NCBI GenBank assembly: GCA_031425695.1
Contig: JANPJV010000301.1
Span: 5,862-69,861 of the forward strand
Reading direction: 5' to 3'
Length of the DNA: 64,000 bases
Source: Rhodanobacteraceae bacterium
GTDB taxonomy: Bacteria; Pseudomonadota; Gammaproteobacteria; Xanthomonadales; SZUA-5
Shown piece after piece: positions 9,063 to 18,617 of this stretch; positions within the stretch are counted from its first letter, which is position 1, and every line of letters starts with the position of its first letter. Position numbers and translations under genes: made by a program. The notes below the pieces were generated by a model that worked only from the letters and a program-made list of their open reading frames with translations, did not search any database and was not told the origin of the DNA.

Positions 9063-10060
9063 CAGCTGTCTCCTCGTGCCGTGACCCAAAGCGCTTGTGC
9101 TTGCGTGAAGCCCACCTGCGCGGCCGTGGCGGACGCCATCTCAACGCCACCGGCCGCATCCATGGACCCCGGCACCAGCCACACATCATCGTCTGACTCG
9201 CCAGCAATCAGCAGCGGCGCTGGCCGGTCTACGTGCGCGCGCAGCTGCAGCGGGCAATGCGCGATCGGCTGGTGCGCGTCAATGAGATCGAGGTGCGACT
9301 CGAAGACCGGACCGCCGTCGAAAAGGTCGACATGCTGTCCGGCGCGCAGCCCGCATTCGGCAAGCGCATCGCGCAGGTGTTCGGCGTCGGGGTGAATCGC
9401 GCCGATGGCCGCCTGCGCGGCTTCGCGCAGGACCGACACCACCAGCGGATGGCGCGGCAGCAACGCGGCGGCATGGGTGCGCCAGAGCTCGCCGAAACGC
9501 GCCAGCGCCTGATCCACATTGCCGGGGTAGAAGTGTCGCCCGAGGCCTTCCCAGAACGGCGCCGCGCCGCTGTCATCGCGGCGGCCCGGCAGTGCGCAAA
9601 TGACCCGCGGCATGCTGGCGCCGGGACCTGGATGACGGCGCTCGCGCTGCAACAGCAGCAACGCGGCGCGCACCAGCAGGCGCGGTAGACGCGCGCGCTG
9701 GGCTGGCTGCAAGCGGGGAGCATCGATGCAGAGGTCCGCCAGTTCGGCCGCCCCGGTGTGGTCGTTGCCGAGCAGCAAGGTGCGCTCACGCCGGAACATG
9801 CCAAGCTCGGCGGCTGCATGCACGCGAACCCCCAGGTGAAACCAGAAGCGCGGCTGCGCCAGGCCGATGCGGCGCCGCAGCCTGATGCAGCCGAGCGGCG
9901 TCGTTGCAATTTCGTCGGGGCCGCCCGGAAAGGCCAGCAGCAGCCGGTCGTCGCCATCGTTGTCGGCGCTGGCGGCCGCTTCCAGCTCCCAATTGGGCAG
10001 CAGGCGCGACAGGGACGGCAGGTCGGCGCTGCGTGCCGGGCGCAGATGCCAGAGTTTCAT
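9062..10060 (-). CDS. astA: Arginine/ornithine N-succinyltransferase subunit (AstA/AruG-like)
   Basis: 'FWFHLGVRVHAAAELGMFRRERTLLLGNDHTGAAELADLCID' matches the AstA core. 4-nt overlap with the preceding paralog. Confidence 0.8.
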   Translation of the reverse strand: MKLWHLRPARSADLPSLSRLLPNWELEAAASADNDGDDRLLLAFPGGPDEIATTPLGCIRLRRRIGLAQPRFWFHLGVRVHAAAELGMFRRERTLLLGNDHTGAAELADLCIDAPRLQPAQRARLPRLLVRAALLLLQRERRHPGPGASMPRVICALPGRRDDSGAAPFWEGLGRHFYPGNVDQALARFGELWRTHAAALLPRHPLVVSVLREAAQAAIGAIHPDAEHLRDALAECGLRAGQHVDLFDGGPVFESHLDLIDAHQPIAHCPLQLRAHVDRPAPLLIAGESDDDVWLVPGSMDAAGGVEMASATAAQVGFTQAQALWVTARGDS

Positions 10061-11118
10061 CGCGGCTCTCCTGCCGGTACGTCGAATTCGGCGACGCGCA
10101 CACGATCACCGCTCAACAGTGCCAGTCGGTCGAGCGCGTCCGCATCGAGCACCAATGTTTCTCCAGCCACGACGGCAGGCAGTAGCAGCGCGCGAAAATG
10201 CTGGCGGTCGGTATTGCACACCAGCTGCCAGGTGGCGCGCTCGGGCGCCGTGGGTCCAGCTCGCGCTGTCAGGATGCGCGAGCGGCTTACCGTCTTGAGC
10301 ATGGCGAGGCGCTCCTGGACGGTCGGGCCGCCGTCGAAGATGTCGAGGTACGTGTCGGCATCGAAGCCCTCATCGAGCAGGATGGAAAACGGCAACTCCG
10401 CGATCGGATGCAACTGGCCGATCGCCCATTGCGCTTCGTCCGACAGCAGCGGCACGTAGATTGGCGATGGCGGCATCAGGTCGGCGATGAAGGACTTGCT
10501 GCGTCCACCGGTCAGACGTTCCACGGTCGGGTAATCCATGCCGAAAAAGCGCCGCCCGACCGCATCCCAAAACGGACAGCGGCCGTTGTCATCGGCAACA
10601 CCGGCGCTCTCGGCGGCGATGCGATCGGCGAAGCGTTCGGTGTGCTGGGCGATGAACAGCAGGCGCGCGCGCGACAGCAGCTGTGGCGCCAGCGTATCCA
10701 GATAGGCCGGATCAATATGAAAGCTGATGAACAGCGAAACGTCGGTGAGATCGTGGCACAGGTGCAGCGTGTGGATGCGCGTGGTCACGCCCAGCGGCTT
10801 GCTGCTGTGGACGACGAACTCGTTGCGGAAACTGTAGAAGCGATCGTTGAAGCCTGCGCGCGCAGCGATGCCGCTGATGCCGATGACCGCCCCCGAGGCC
10901 AGGTCTTCCAGGGCAAACAGGTAGATCTCCTCGCCGCTGGCGTCCTCGGTCGCAAACGAGTGCAGCGAGCGTTGCAGGCGATCGGTCAGGAAGGCGCGAT
11001 CGTGCGGCAGCGTGGTGATGCCGACCGGGCTCGCCGCGGCAAAACGCTCCAGTGCGGGCAGGTCGTCGGCCGAACATGCGCGCAGCAGGAAGGGCGTCGT
11101 GGGAATGGCGTCTGTCAT
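10057..11118 (-). CDS. astA: Arginine/ornithine N-succinyltransferase subunit (AstA/AruF-like)
   Basis: N-terminus 'LLRACSADDLPALERFAAASPVGITTLPHD' and 'FRNEFVVHSSKPLGVTTRIHTLHLCHDLT' are AstA-family patterns. Confidence 0.8.
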   Translation of the reverse strand: MTDAIPTTPFLLRACSADDLPALERFAAASPVGITTLPHDRAFLTDRLQRSLHSFATEDASGEEIYLFALEDLASGAVIGISGIAARAGFNDRFYSFRNEFVVHSSKPLGVTTRIHTLHLCHDLTDVSLFISFHIDPAYLDTLAPQLLSRARLLFIAQHTERFADRIAAESAGVADDNGRCPFWDAVGRRFFGMDYPTVERLTGGRSKSFIADLMPPSPIYVPLLSDEAQWAIGQLHPIAELPFSILLDEGFDADTYLDIFDGGPTVQERLAMLKTVSRSRILTARAGPTAPERATWQLVCNTDRQHFRALLLPAVVAGETLVLDADALDRLALLSGDRVRVAEFDVPAGEPR

Positions 11119-12143
11119 GTCGAAGCCTCAAAGGTTTGCGCACCGACGGGCGCGTCCGTCGCCGCCGGGGATTGGCGCCAGGCAAAGGCGCGCACGCTGC
11201 GCTCATCGCGCGGCGTATGCCCGAAGCAATTGCGGTAAGCGTTGGAAAAATGCGCGCCAGAAGTAAACCCGCAGCTCAGCCCGATCTGCAGGATCGATTG
11301 CGAGCCCTGTTGCAGCAGCTGCCGGGCGCGGCCCAGGCGCTGTTCGAGATACCAGCGCGAGGGCAGCGTATCGAGGTGCTGTTTGAACAGCCGCTCCAGC
11401 TGGCGGCGGGAAACGCCTACCAGGCTGGCTACATCTTCGGTCGACAAGGGCTCGCTCAAGTTCGCTTCCATCAGCGCGACTGCCTCGGCGAGTTTGCTCG
11501 AGGCGGCGCCGAGACGGCTCGCGGGCGACACCTGGCAATCGTGAGTGGGGCGCAGCTTTTCGATACCAAAGTGGCTCAGCAGCTTGCGCACCAGAGTGTC
11601 GCCGTGACGCGCACCCAGCCAATGGATCATCAGTTCCAGCGCACTGGTCCCGCCGGCGCAGCTGATGCGGTTGCGGTCGACCTCGGAAAAGTGGGTGGAC
11701 ACGATCACCGCCGGATTAGCCGCGGCCACCTCGGCGTTGAACTCGGCTTGCACCGTGCAACGATAGCCGCGCAGCAGATCGGTGCGGGCAAGCCAGGCGG
11801 CGCCACAACCGAGCCCACCGAGCACGCCGCGCGCGCGATCGACGCACAGGCCCGCGGCGCGCAGCTCAGTCTGGATGAAGGCCTCGTCCGCGGCTTCAGG
11901 TGGCGCTGGCGCGACCACGAACAAGCCGCTCAGCGCGGCCGTCTGTACCACCCCGAGTGCGGCATTCACCGCCAGGACTTCGCCGCCCGCGGCCTGCACG
12001 GGCCGGCCATCGCGCGACAGCAGCAGCACCTCGTAGGTGCGTGCGCCGAGCAAGCCATTGGCCACCCGTAGCACTTCCGTCGCGCCGGACAGGCACAGCA
12101 GCGACATTCCCGGCAGGAGCAGAAGTCCATAGCGCTGGCGCAT
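11115..12143 (-). CDS. GlxA-family (DJ-1/PfpI plus AraC HTH) transcriptional regulator
   Basis: N-terminal DJ-1-like domain ('ISCAGGTSALELMIHWL'). C-terminal AraC HTH ('IGLSCGFTSGAHFSNAYRNCFGHTPRDER'). Confidence 0.8.
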   Translation of the reverse strand: MRQRYGLLLLPGMSLLCLSGATEVLRVANGLLGARTYEVLLLSRDGRPVQAAGGEVLAVNAALGVVQTAALSGLFVVAPAPPEAADEAFIQTELRAAGLCVDRARGVLGGLGCGAAWLARTDLLRGYRCTVQAEFNAEVAAANPAVIVSTHFSEVDRNRISCAGGTSALELMIHWLGARHGDTLVRKLLSHFGIEKLRPTHDCQVSPASRLGAASSKLAEAVALMEANLSEPLSTEDVASLVGVSRRQLERLFKQHLDTLPSRWYLEQRLGRARQLLQQGSQSILQIGLSCGFTSGAHFSNAYRNCFGHTPRDERSVRAFAWRQSPAATDAPVGAQTFEAST

Positions 12144-12167
12144 TGGCGTTTGCGCCGTCGCTTGAGA

Positions 12168-13370
12168 TCAGGCCGACAACAGCGAGCCGGAACGGATCGC
12201 CTCGGTGCCCGCGACCTTGGCAATCGGCATCCCGGCATGGACCACGCGCACGCTCTCGCGGGCGTAGAGGAAGCCGTCCACCGGGCTGGTGAGCTCAGTG
12301 CAATCGCCGCTCAACGGATCGATGACTTCGGCAATGCACTCGCCTTTGCTGACGGCGCGGCCCAGCAGCGGCCGATGCACCAATACGCCGCCGACCGGCG
12401 TCGCCACCGGCATCGACCCTTCCAATGGCCGCGGCTCGCGCAGCAGCGCGGGCAGGGCGGTTGGCGTCGTGTCGACGATTTGCAAGTGGGCGAGATAGGC
12501 CACGATCGCCGCCGCATCGCGCTGCGCCAGTTCATGGCTGACGTCGGTTTCGCCGCGCAACTCGATGGTCACGGCGACACACGCCGCGGGCCAGCCGGGC
12601 GCGACCGTGGGAGCGCCCATGGCCGCGATCGGGTTTCCACCGGCGCGACCGTGCTCGCGCCAGCATTCGTTCAAGCGTGACCACACCATCGAGCAGCTCT
12701 CGTCGAAGGGCTCGCCGCCAGACTCGGTCGACAGCAGGCAGACCTCGGCGCCGAGCAGCCGTGCGAGCGGCTCGACCTGTGGCCACACCGGCGTAGCCGT
12801 GTACAGATGCAGCGCCGCCTCGTTGTCGCAATGCAGATCGATCACCAGATCCGCATCGATGGCAAGGCCGAGCAGCGTCTTGCGCAAGCTCTTGAGTTCA
12901 CTGTCGGCCGGCAGCTGCGCACAGCTTTCCCGCAAGGCTGCGCGCACTTCAGCCACCGTCGGCCGCGCGCCGGCATCGATCGAACCGCGCAGGCGCGTGA
13001 AGGCTGCTGCGCTCAGATCGGCATAGTTGCGATTGAAGTTTTCACCGCCCGTCAATTCGAAGCGCCCGAGCGCTCGACCCAGCACCCGTTGCGCGGCGCC
13101 GACTGGATTGGCCATCGGCACCAGCACCACTTCACCGCGCAGCTTGCCGGCTTCCTCGAGCGCGGCCAGTTCCCTGCGCAAATGCCAGGCCACCAGCAAA
13201 CCAGGCGGTTCGTCGGCATGCAAGGAAGTCTGGATCAGCGCTTTCGGGCCAGCTCCGGCGGTGCCGAAATGCAGGCTCACCAGTTCACGGGTCGTGCCCG
13301 GGGTACAAGCAGTCAAGCGGTGTCTTTCGGTTCGCATCGGCAGGGTAATGATCGGATCGGCGCCGATCAT
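12168..13370 (-). CDS. Succinylglutamate desuccinylase/aspartoacylase (AstE/AspA, M14-like) family protein
   Basis: 'SLHADEPPG', 'VVLVPMANPVG' and 'VIDLHCD' are metal-ligand motifs of the family. The start is uncertain (13370 or 13337). The ORF-track N-terminal extension runs through REP elements and was trimmed. Confidence 0.75.
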   Translation of the reverse strand: MIGADPIITLPMRTERHRLTACTPGTTRELVSLHFGTAGAGPKALIQTSLHADEPPGLLVAWHLRRELAALEEAGKLRGEVVLVPMANPVGAAQRVLGRALGRFELTGGENFNRNYADLSAAAFTRLRGSIDAGARPTVAEVRAALRESCAQLPADSELKSLRKTLLGLAIDADLVIDLHCDNEAALHLYTATPVWPQVEPLARLLGAEVCLLSTESGGEPFDESCSMVWSRLNECWREHGRAGGNPIAAMGAPTVAPGWPAACVAVTIELRGETDVSHELAQRDAAAIVAYLAHLQIVDTTPTALPALLREPRPLEGSMPVATPVGGVLVHRPLLGRAVSKGECIAEVIDPLSGDCTELTSPVDGFLYARESVRVVHAGMPIAKVAGTEAIRSGSLLSA

Positions 13371-13526
13371 TGCACCAACCGGTCGCGCCGCGCAGATCGC
13401 TCGGAGCGTAGAGGCCAGCTTGCGCAAACCCGTGTCGCATTCAGACAAGCGGGAGACCGCAACCCGCGCATGGGTCGCCTCGTCTTCGTAGGTCAGGTTC
13501 AATGCGGCATGGGCGCATTGGCCCCT

Positions 13527-13676
13527 GTAGGTCATGTTGCTCGCGCAGCGAGCTACTTGACGTCAACGGCCGTGCGGCATGCGAGTTGCCGCAAGAGCCG
13601 TCAAGTAGTCCGCTGCGCGGACAACATGACCTACAAAGGCAGGGCTCGGCCCCGCTCTGCGGACAACATGCCCTAC
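13527..13676. repeat. REP-like cluster, family 2 (GTAG-headed), two inverted copies plus a partial copy
   Basis: 'GTAGGTCATGTTGCTCGCGCAGCGAGCTACTTGACG' (13527-13562). Its inverted partner is at 13599-13634. A partial copy is at 13658-13676. A further copy is at 26017-26053. Confidence 0.8.
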
Positions 13677-13876
13677 GGGCACGGTCCGGTGTAAGGGTTC
13701 GCAGGCTAAGGCCGGCACTGAACTTTTCACATTTGCGACAGCAAATTGCCCAGGTGCGACGTTCGCAGGCGGGCCGGCTGGCGCCTGCAATTCGGGTGCG
13801 TACAGTCCGCCCACTCGCCGGATTGCCGGCAGTCGGCGCCGATCGGTTGCCGCTTTCCGACGACCCAGGAATCCGC

Positions 13877-16663
13877 ATGAACAGACTCGTCCCGCACCTC
13901 GGATCCGATGGCAAGCGCGCCTTCAAGCGCAGGCTCCTGAGCCTGGCGCTGCTGCACGCCCTGGCTGCCCAGGCAACGCTCGTCGTGGCACAGGACGCGA
14001 GCACGACCGAGGCTGCGGAAGAGTCCAAAGCGCAGATGGACACTGTCTTCGTCACCGGCTCGCGCATCAAGCGCATCGACGGCGAAACCGCGTTGCCAAT
14101 CGAGATCATCACCCGCGAAGACATCCAGAAGCGTGGCGTGACCACCGCGGCGGAAATGGTCAAGACGCTCACGGCCAACACGGCACCCCTGTCGGACGGC
14201 GCCAGCATCACCGACGGCACCTCCGGGCAGCGTGGCTTCAACGGTGCCAACCTGCGTGGCGTTGGCGTGTCCAGCACGCTGATCCTCCTGAACGGCCGAC
14301 GCCTGGCGAACTTTGCCTCGCCCGGCGACGAGGCCGGTGTCGATCTCAACAACATCCCGGCCGGCGCCATCGAGCGTGTCGAGGTGCTCAAAGACGGCGC
14401 CTCCGCGCTGTACGGCTCCGACGCGATTGGCGGCGTGATCAACTTCATTACACGCAGCGATTACCAGGGCCTCGACCTCAGCCTCACCGGTGCCGACACC
14501 CAGGACGGCGGCGCCGACAAGCAGACGGCGACCATCGCTGGCGGCTTCGGTGACATGCAGGAAGACCGCTACAACGTCTTCGGCGTACTCGACGTGCAGC
14601 ACCTTGGCGCCCTGCGTTCCACCCAGCGCGACTTCATCCAGGATCGGCCGCTGGCGACGCTGCTGCCCGCGCTGATGTCGAGTAATACCTTTCCGGCGAA
14701 TTTCGACGTCAGTTCCGCGCAGCGCAACGCGCTGATCACGGCCGGATTGCTCCCCGCCGGCACCACCCGCACGCGCGTCAATCCGAGCGCGCCGGCCTGC
14801 AATCCACCGGCGACAGTGTTTGCGCCACAAGGCCCCGGCGGCCCGAACGCGTGCAGCTACGACTACATGCAGGACACTGAAATCTACCCCGATTCGGACA
14901 AGATCGGCTTCATCGGCCGTGGCGCGATCGCCGTCGGCGACGGTCATGAGCTGTTCGCGGAAGTCGCCTACTCGCGCGCCGACACCACCTATCGCCTGAG
15001 TCCGAATCCGCAACGCATCCGCAATCTCCCGGTCTCGATTCTGCCTGCGGCGTATCGCACGGCACTGACGCGCCCCGGTCTGCCAACGACCTTCAGTGGC
15101 GTGCGGCTGCGCATGAACGAGGCCGGCAACCGCACCAACGAGGTCACCAGCGAAGGCAGCCGCATCGTGCTCGGCGCGGAAGGCACTTTCGGCGAGTGGG
15201 ACTATGGCGCAGCGCTGGTGCGCAGCCAGAATGAAGCGATCGATCGCTACGTCGGCGGCTATGTGCTGTTCGACCAGTTCGACGCTGGCGTGCGCAGCGG
15301 CTTGATCAACCCCTTCGGGCCGTCCTCGGCGCAAGGCCAGGCACTGATCGACAGCATCATCATCGATGACGAAGCGCGCAAGTCGAAGGGCACCAGCGAA
15401 AGTTTCGATTTCAATTTCACCCGTTCGCTGATGGCACTCGACGGTGGCGACATGGGCCTGGCGCTCGGTGGCGAATTCCGCCACGAGAAGCAGTCTTTCA
15501 CGCCCTCGGCGCTGCTGCTGAGCAACAACATCGCCGGCGATCGCGACAGCACCCTCCCGCCCGGGCAAACGGACATCGTCGCCTCGCAGGACGAGCGCAC
15601 GGTGGCGTCCGCCTATGCCGAAGTGAACGCACCGATCAGCGAAACGTTGGAGCTGCAGGGCGCGCTGCGCTTCGACGAGTACGAAGAAGTGGGCTCCACC
15701 CTCAATCCGAAATTTGGGGTTCGCTGGCAGCCGCGCGAAGACTTCATCGTGCGCGCCTCGGCCGGCACCGGCTTTCGCGCGCCCTCGCTCAATGACCTGC
15801 ACCGCCCAACCATATTCGGGGTCACTTCCAGCCTGATCACCGATCCGCAATGCGCGGCCGCCGAGGGCAGTATCGACCTGTGTACCGACCAGTTCCCGGT
15901 CGAGCGCCGCAGCAATCCCGATCTTGATCCCGAGCGCTCCAAGCAGTTCTCGATCGGCATGATCTGGGAGCCGTCCCGCACCTTCAATGTCGGTCTCGAG
16001 TACTGGAATCTGCGCAAGAAAGACGTCATCAGCACGCTCGGCGAGCAGATCATCATCGAGAGCCCGGGGCTCTACAACGGCACCTACATCCAGCGCGACG
16101 CGGACGGCTTCATCACGAACATTATTTTGCAAAAAGAAAACCAGGGCGAGCTCAAAACCTCAGGCTTCGATTTCACCAGCCGGCTCAGCAGCGACGAGAC
16201 CGATTACGGTACGCTCAGCGTCGATTTCAGCGGAACTTTGATCCTCGAATACGAACGCCAGTTCGGTCCGCTCGAGCCTTTCCGCGACAACCTGGGCCGC
16301 TTCCTCAACGATCAGGTGATCCAGCGCTGGCGCCATCGTATCGCCTTCAACTGGGACCAGGGCCCGCTCGGCTTGACCCTGGCCAGCACCTACTCGTCCG
16401 GCTATCGCGATCAAAACACCACCTACGATCCGTTCAGTGACGAGCGTCTGCCGGCGCGTGATGTCGATGCCTACTCGCTGTGGGACCTGACTGGCCGCTA
16501 TGAGTTCAACGAGCATCTGAGCGTGCGTGCCGGCGTGTTGAATCTATTCGACGAGGAACCGCCGTTCTCCAACCAGGCGTATTTCTTCATCGCTGGATAC
16601 GATCCGACCTACACCGACCCGCGTGGCCGCTCGTACTATGCGGGGATCGACTACAGGTTCTGA
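13877..16663 (+). CDS. TonB-dependent outer-membrane receptor
   Basis: Signal peptide. TonB-box/plug 'DTVFVTGSRIKR', 'GASALYGSDAIGGVINFITR'. C-terminal 'RSYYAGIDYRF' with terminal Phe. Confidence 0.9.
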   Translation: MNRLVPHLGSDGKRAFKRRLLSLALLHALAAQATLVVAQDASTTEAAEESKAQMDTVFVTGSRIKRIDGETALPIEIITREDIQKRGVTTAAEMVKTLTANTAPLSDGASITDGTSGQRGFNGANLRGVGVSSTLILLNGRRLANFASPGDEAGVDLNNIPAGAIERVEVLKDGASALYGSDAIGGVINFITRSDYQGLDLSLTGADTQDGGADKQTATIAGGFGDMQEDRYNVFGVLDVQHLGALRSTQRDFIQDRPLATLLPALMSSNTFPANFDVSSAQRNALITAGLLPAGTTRTRVNPSAPACNPPATVFAPQGPGGPNACSYDYMQDTEIYPDSDKIGFIGRGAIAVGDGHELFAEVAYSRADTTYRLSPNPQRIRNLPVSILPAAYRTALTRPGLPTTFSGVRLRMNEAGNRTNEVTSEGSRIVLGAEGTFGEWDYGAALVRSQNEAIDRYVGGYVLFDQFDAGVRSGLINPFGPSSAQGQALIDSIIIDDEARKSKGTSESFDFNFTRSLMALDGGDMGLALGGEFRHEKQSFTPSALLLSNNIAGDRDSTLPPGQTDIVASQDERTVASAYAEVNAPISETLELQGALRFDEYEEVGSTLNPKFGVRWQPREDFIVRASAGTGFRAPSLNDLHRPTIFGVTSSLITDPQCAAAEGSIDLCTDQFPVERRSNPDLDPERSKQFSIGMIWEPSRTFNVGLEYWNLRKKDVISTLGEQIIIESPGLYNGTYIQRDADGFITNIILQKENQGELKTSGFDFTSRLSSDETDYGTLSVDFSGTLILEYERQFGPLEPFRDNLGRFLNDQVIQRWRHRIAFNWDQGPLGLTLASTYSSGYRDQNTTYDPFSDERLPARDVDAYSLWDLTGRYEFNEHLSVRAGVLNLFDEEPPFSNQAYFFIAGYDPTYTDPRGRSYYAGIDYRF

Positions 16664-16691
16664 GCGAGCGGATCGTTCGCAGAGGAGATGC

Positions 16692-18326
16692 GTGAACCAC
16701 GCGGGCGCTGCCGGCCATTCATCGACAGCGTCCCGCGCGGGCATCTGGGGCTTCGCGGTGGTCGTATGCCTGCTCATGTCGACCACTGCAGTCAGCGCCC
16801 GGCCGCGCCTGCTGCTCGCGGGTGGACATCTGCCGGTTTGCAGCAGCGCTGCAACCGATGCTTGCGAGAAGGGCCGCATCCCGATTGCGAGGGTGCAGTC
16901 TGCGCGATTCCGGCTCGATGCCGATGGGATCGAGCGGATCAATGCGGGCGGCTGGCTGCCGCATCGCAAGCTTTCCAAGGAGCGCGTGGTGGCAGCGCTA
17001 ACGCGCTGGCATGAACGTGTCGGAAGCATCGAGCTGCCCGGCGACGACCTGGCGCCAGCTCTCCAGACCGGCGGATCGTCCCGCGACGCGCGCGCCTGGA
17101 CTGATCTGGCCGACTTCGAGCGCGACCGTGTGTGGGATGCGCTCGAGCAGGAGCCGGTGCAGGAGCGCGTCGAGCTGGCGGCGTCCACGGCGGATTCCGG
17201 AGCGTCGGTCTTTCGCGAGTTCGTGGCCATGGCGCGCGAGCTCACCAGGCGCGAGCGCCCACGCATCCTCATCGTCACGGCCTCTGGACGCGATCCCTTC
17301 GCTTCCATCGATTTTTATCGCGTGGTGTTCGAGCAGGCCGGCGCGCAGGTGCGTTGGCTGCCGCTCGACCACGCGCTGCGAGCGGCGCAGGCGAATCGCG
17401 GGCGCGATTGTCGACGCCTCGATCGCCTGCGTGGCGAGCGGCTCGCGGCGCACGATCGCGCCCGCCTTTATCCCAAACGTGCCAAAGAGCTCAGCGCGGC
17501 TTGCCATGATCCAACCCGCCTCGACGCCCTGATCAACTGGGCCGATGGCGTCTTCTTGAATGGCGGCGACCAGAGCTTCACCCGCGCTGCCTGGTTCGCG
17601 AGGGATGGCTCGGCGTCGCAACAACTGACGCTACTGCTGGCACGCCTGGACGCTGGCGAGCTCGTCCTCGGTGGCACCAGCGCCGGAACCGCCGTACAGG
17701 CCGGTCGCACCGCGATGATCGTCAGCGGCTCGAGCACGCCGAGCGCTCCAGCGACCGCAATCGCCGCGCTACCTCCGCATCCCAGTTGCGCCTTTGCGCA
17801 AGCCTGCGCCGGCGTGAATCCGGATGCCCTTCTGTATCACCCCGCTGGTGGCCTCGGCAGCTTTCCGGGCGTGCTCGATACGCATTTCTCCAACCGCGGC
17901 CGCGAGTTTCGCCTCGCTCGACTGCTACTCGATAGTGGCACCGAGCTCGGCGTGGGCATCGATGAAACCACCGCGCTGCGCATCGACGTCGAGGACGGCC
18001 GCATGCGTGGAGGCGTCGTCGGCCAGGGCGGGGTCAGCGTTTTTCAGCGCGTCGGTGGCGACCTGCTGTGGCGCCGGCGGTATCTGGCGGGTGAGTCGGT
18101 CGAACTCGAACTGCAGCCGCCGTCGCCCTCTGCATGCGGTGACAGCAAGCTCGCCGCGGCGACGGTCGTAAGTGGCGACGATTCGCTCGCTGACTGGCTG
18201 GACGCACTGCCCGCCGACGCGAAGTGGCATCCGCTGGTGTTGACCGCGGGTGGGCGCCGGGAGGCCGCCGGTAGCGTTTGCGCCCCCGCGGCGGGGCGCG
18301 CGCGCTGGTGGCGTCTTAATCCCTGA
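16692..18326 (+). CDS. Exported cyanophycinase-family (peptidase S51) protein
   Basis: 'FLNGGDQSFT', the nucleophile-Ser motif 'GGTSAGTAVQ' and 'VLDTHFSNRGREFRLARLL' match cyanophycinase signatures. N-terminal hydrophobic signal present. GTG start at 16692 after GGAG (uncertain). Confidence 0.7.
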   Translation: MNHAGAAGHSSTASRAGIWGFAVVVCLLMSTTAVSARPRLLLAGGHLPVCSSAATDACEKGRIPIARVQSARFRLDADGIERINAGGWLPHRKLSKERVVAALTRWHERVGSIELPGDDLAPALQTGGSSRDARAWTDLADFERDRVWDALEQEPVQERVELAASTADSGASVFREFVAMARELTRRERPRILIVTASGRDPFASIDFYRVVFEQAGAQVRWLPLDHALRAAQANRGRDCRRLDRLRGERLAAHDRARLYPKRAKELSAACHDPTRLDALINWADGVFLNGGDQSFTRAAWFARDGSASQQLTLLLARLDAGELVLGGTSAGTAVQAGRTAMIVSGSSTPSAPATAIAALPPHPSCAFAQACAGVNPDALLYHPAGGLGSFPGVLDTHFSNRGREFRLARLLLDSGTELGVGIDETTALRIDVEDGRMRGGVVGQGGVSVFQRVGGDLLWRRRYLAGESVELELQPPSPSACGDSKLAAATVVSGDDSLADWLDALPADAKWHPLVLTAGGRREAAGSVCAPAAGRARWWRLNP

Positions 18327-18617
18327 TTTGGCGGCCATGCACAGGCCAGAGGTAGACCGGGTCATACGCGCCCGCCAGCCCAAGATTTCGTGCCAGGTTT
18401 TCAAGCGCAAGCCGCCCGGCTCCCGCTACGTAGCCACACGCGCCGCTGGCGGAGTGAGGGCGGTCTGCTGCGCGGCATGCCGCGCGACCGCTCGAACGCC
18501 CGCGAACTCGTTCGCGGGCAGAATCCCGCACAGAACCGCGCTACCTCAAGCGGTCACTCAGCGCCGCCTCAGTGTCCACCCTGTCCAATGGCTGGCTACC
18601 GTGTGGGAGCTTGAACC

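Noticed and set aside
7602-9395. 597-aa plus-strand ORF rich in His/Arg/Gln/Asp
   Set aside because: It lies antisense to the well-supported yfcC and astA genes. It has low-complexity composition typical of shadow ORFs in high-GC DNA, and no recognisable motifs.
13371-13535. N-terminal extension of the AstE-like ORF, and likewise the first 125 codons of ORF 13502-16663
   Set aside because: Both run through REP family 2 copies in the intergenic region. Internal starts give proteins with normal N-termini.
13680-13876. Possible riboswitch or leader upstream of the TonB-dependent receptor
   Set aside because: I could not see a B12-box, TPP or other recognisable riboswitch core by eye. A covariance-model scan would be required.
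13727-16132. 801-aa minus-strand ORF
   Set aside because: It is antisense to the TonB-dependent receptor, which has a plug, a TonB box and a C-terminal Phe. The composition is typical of an artefact.
18327-18617. Small ORFs (71 and 74 aa) and a 20-bp near-palindrome CCCGCGAAC-TC-GTTCGCGGG in the intergenic region
   Set aside because: The ORFs overlap each other on opposite strands with no RBS or motifs. The palindrome is noted, but I cannot tie it to any regulator.
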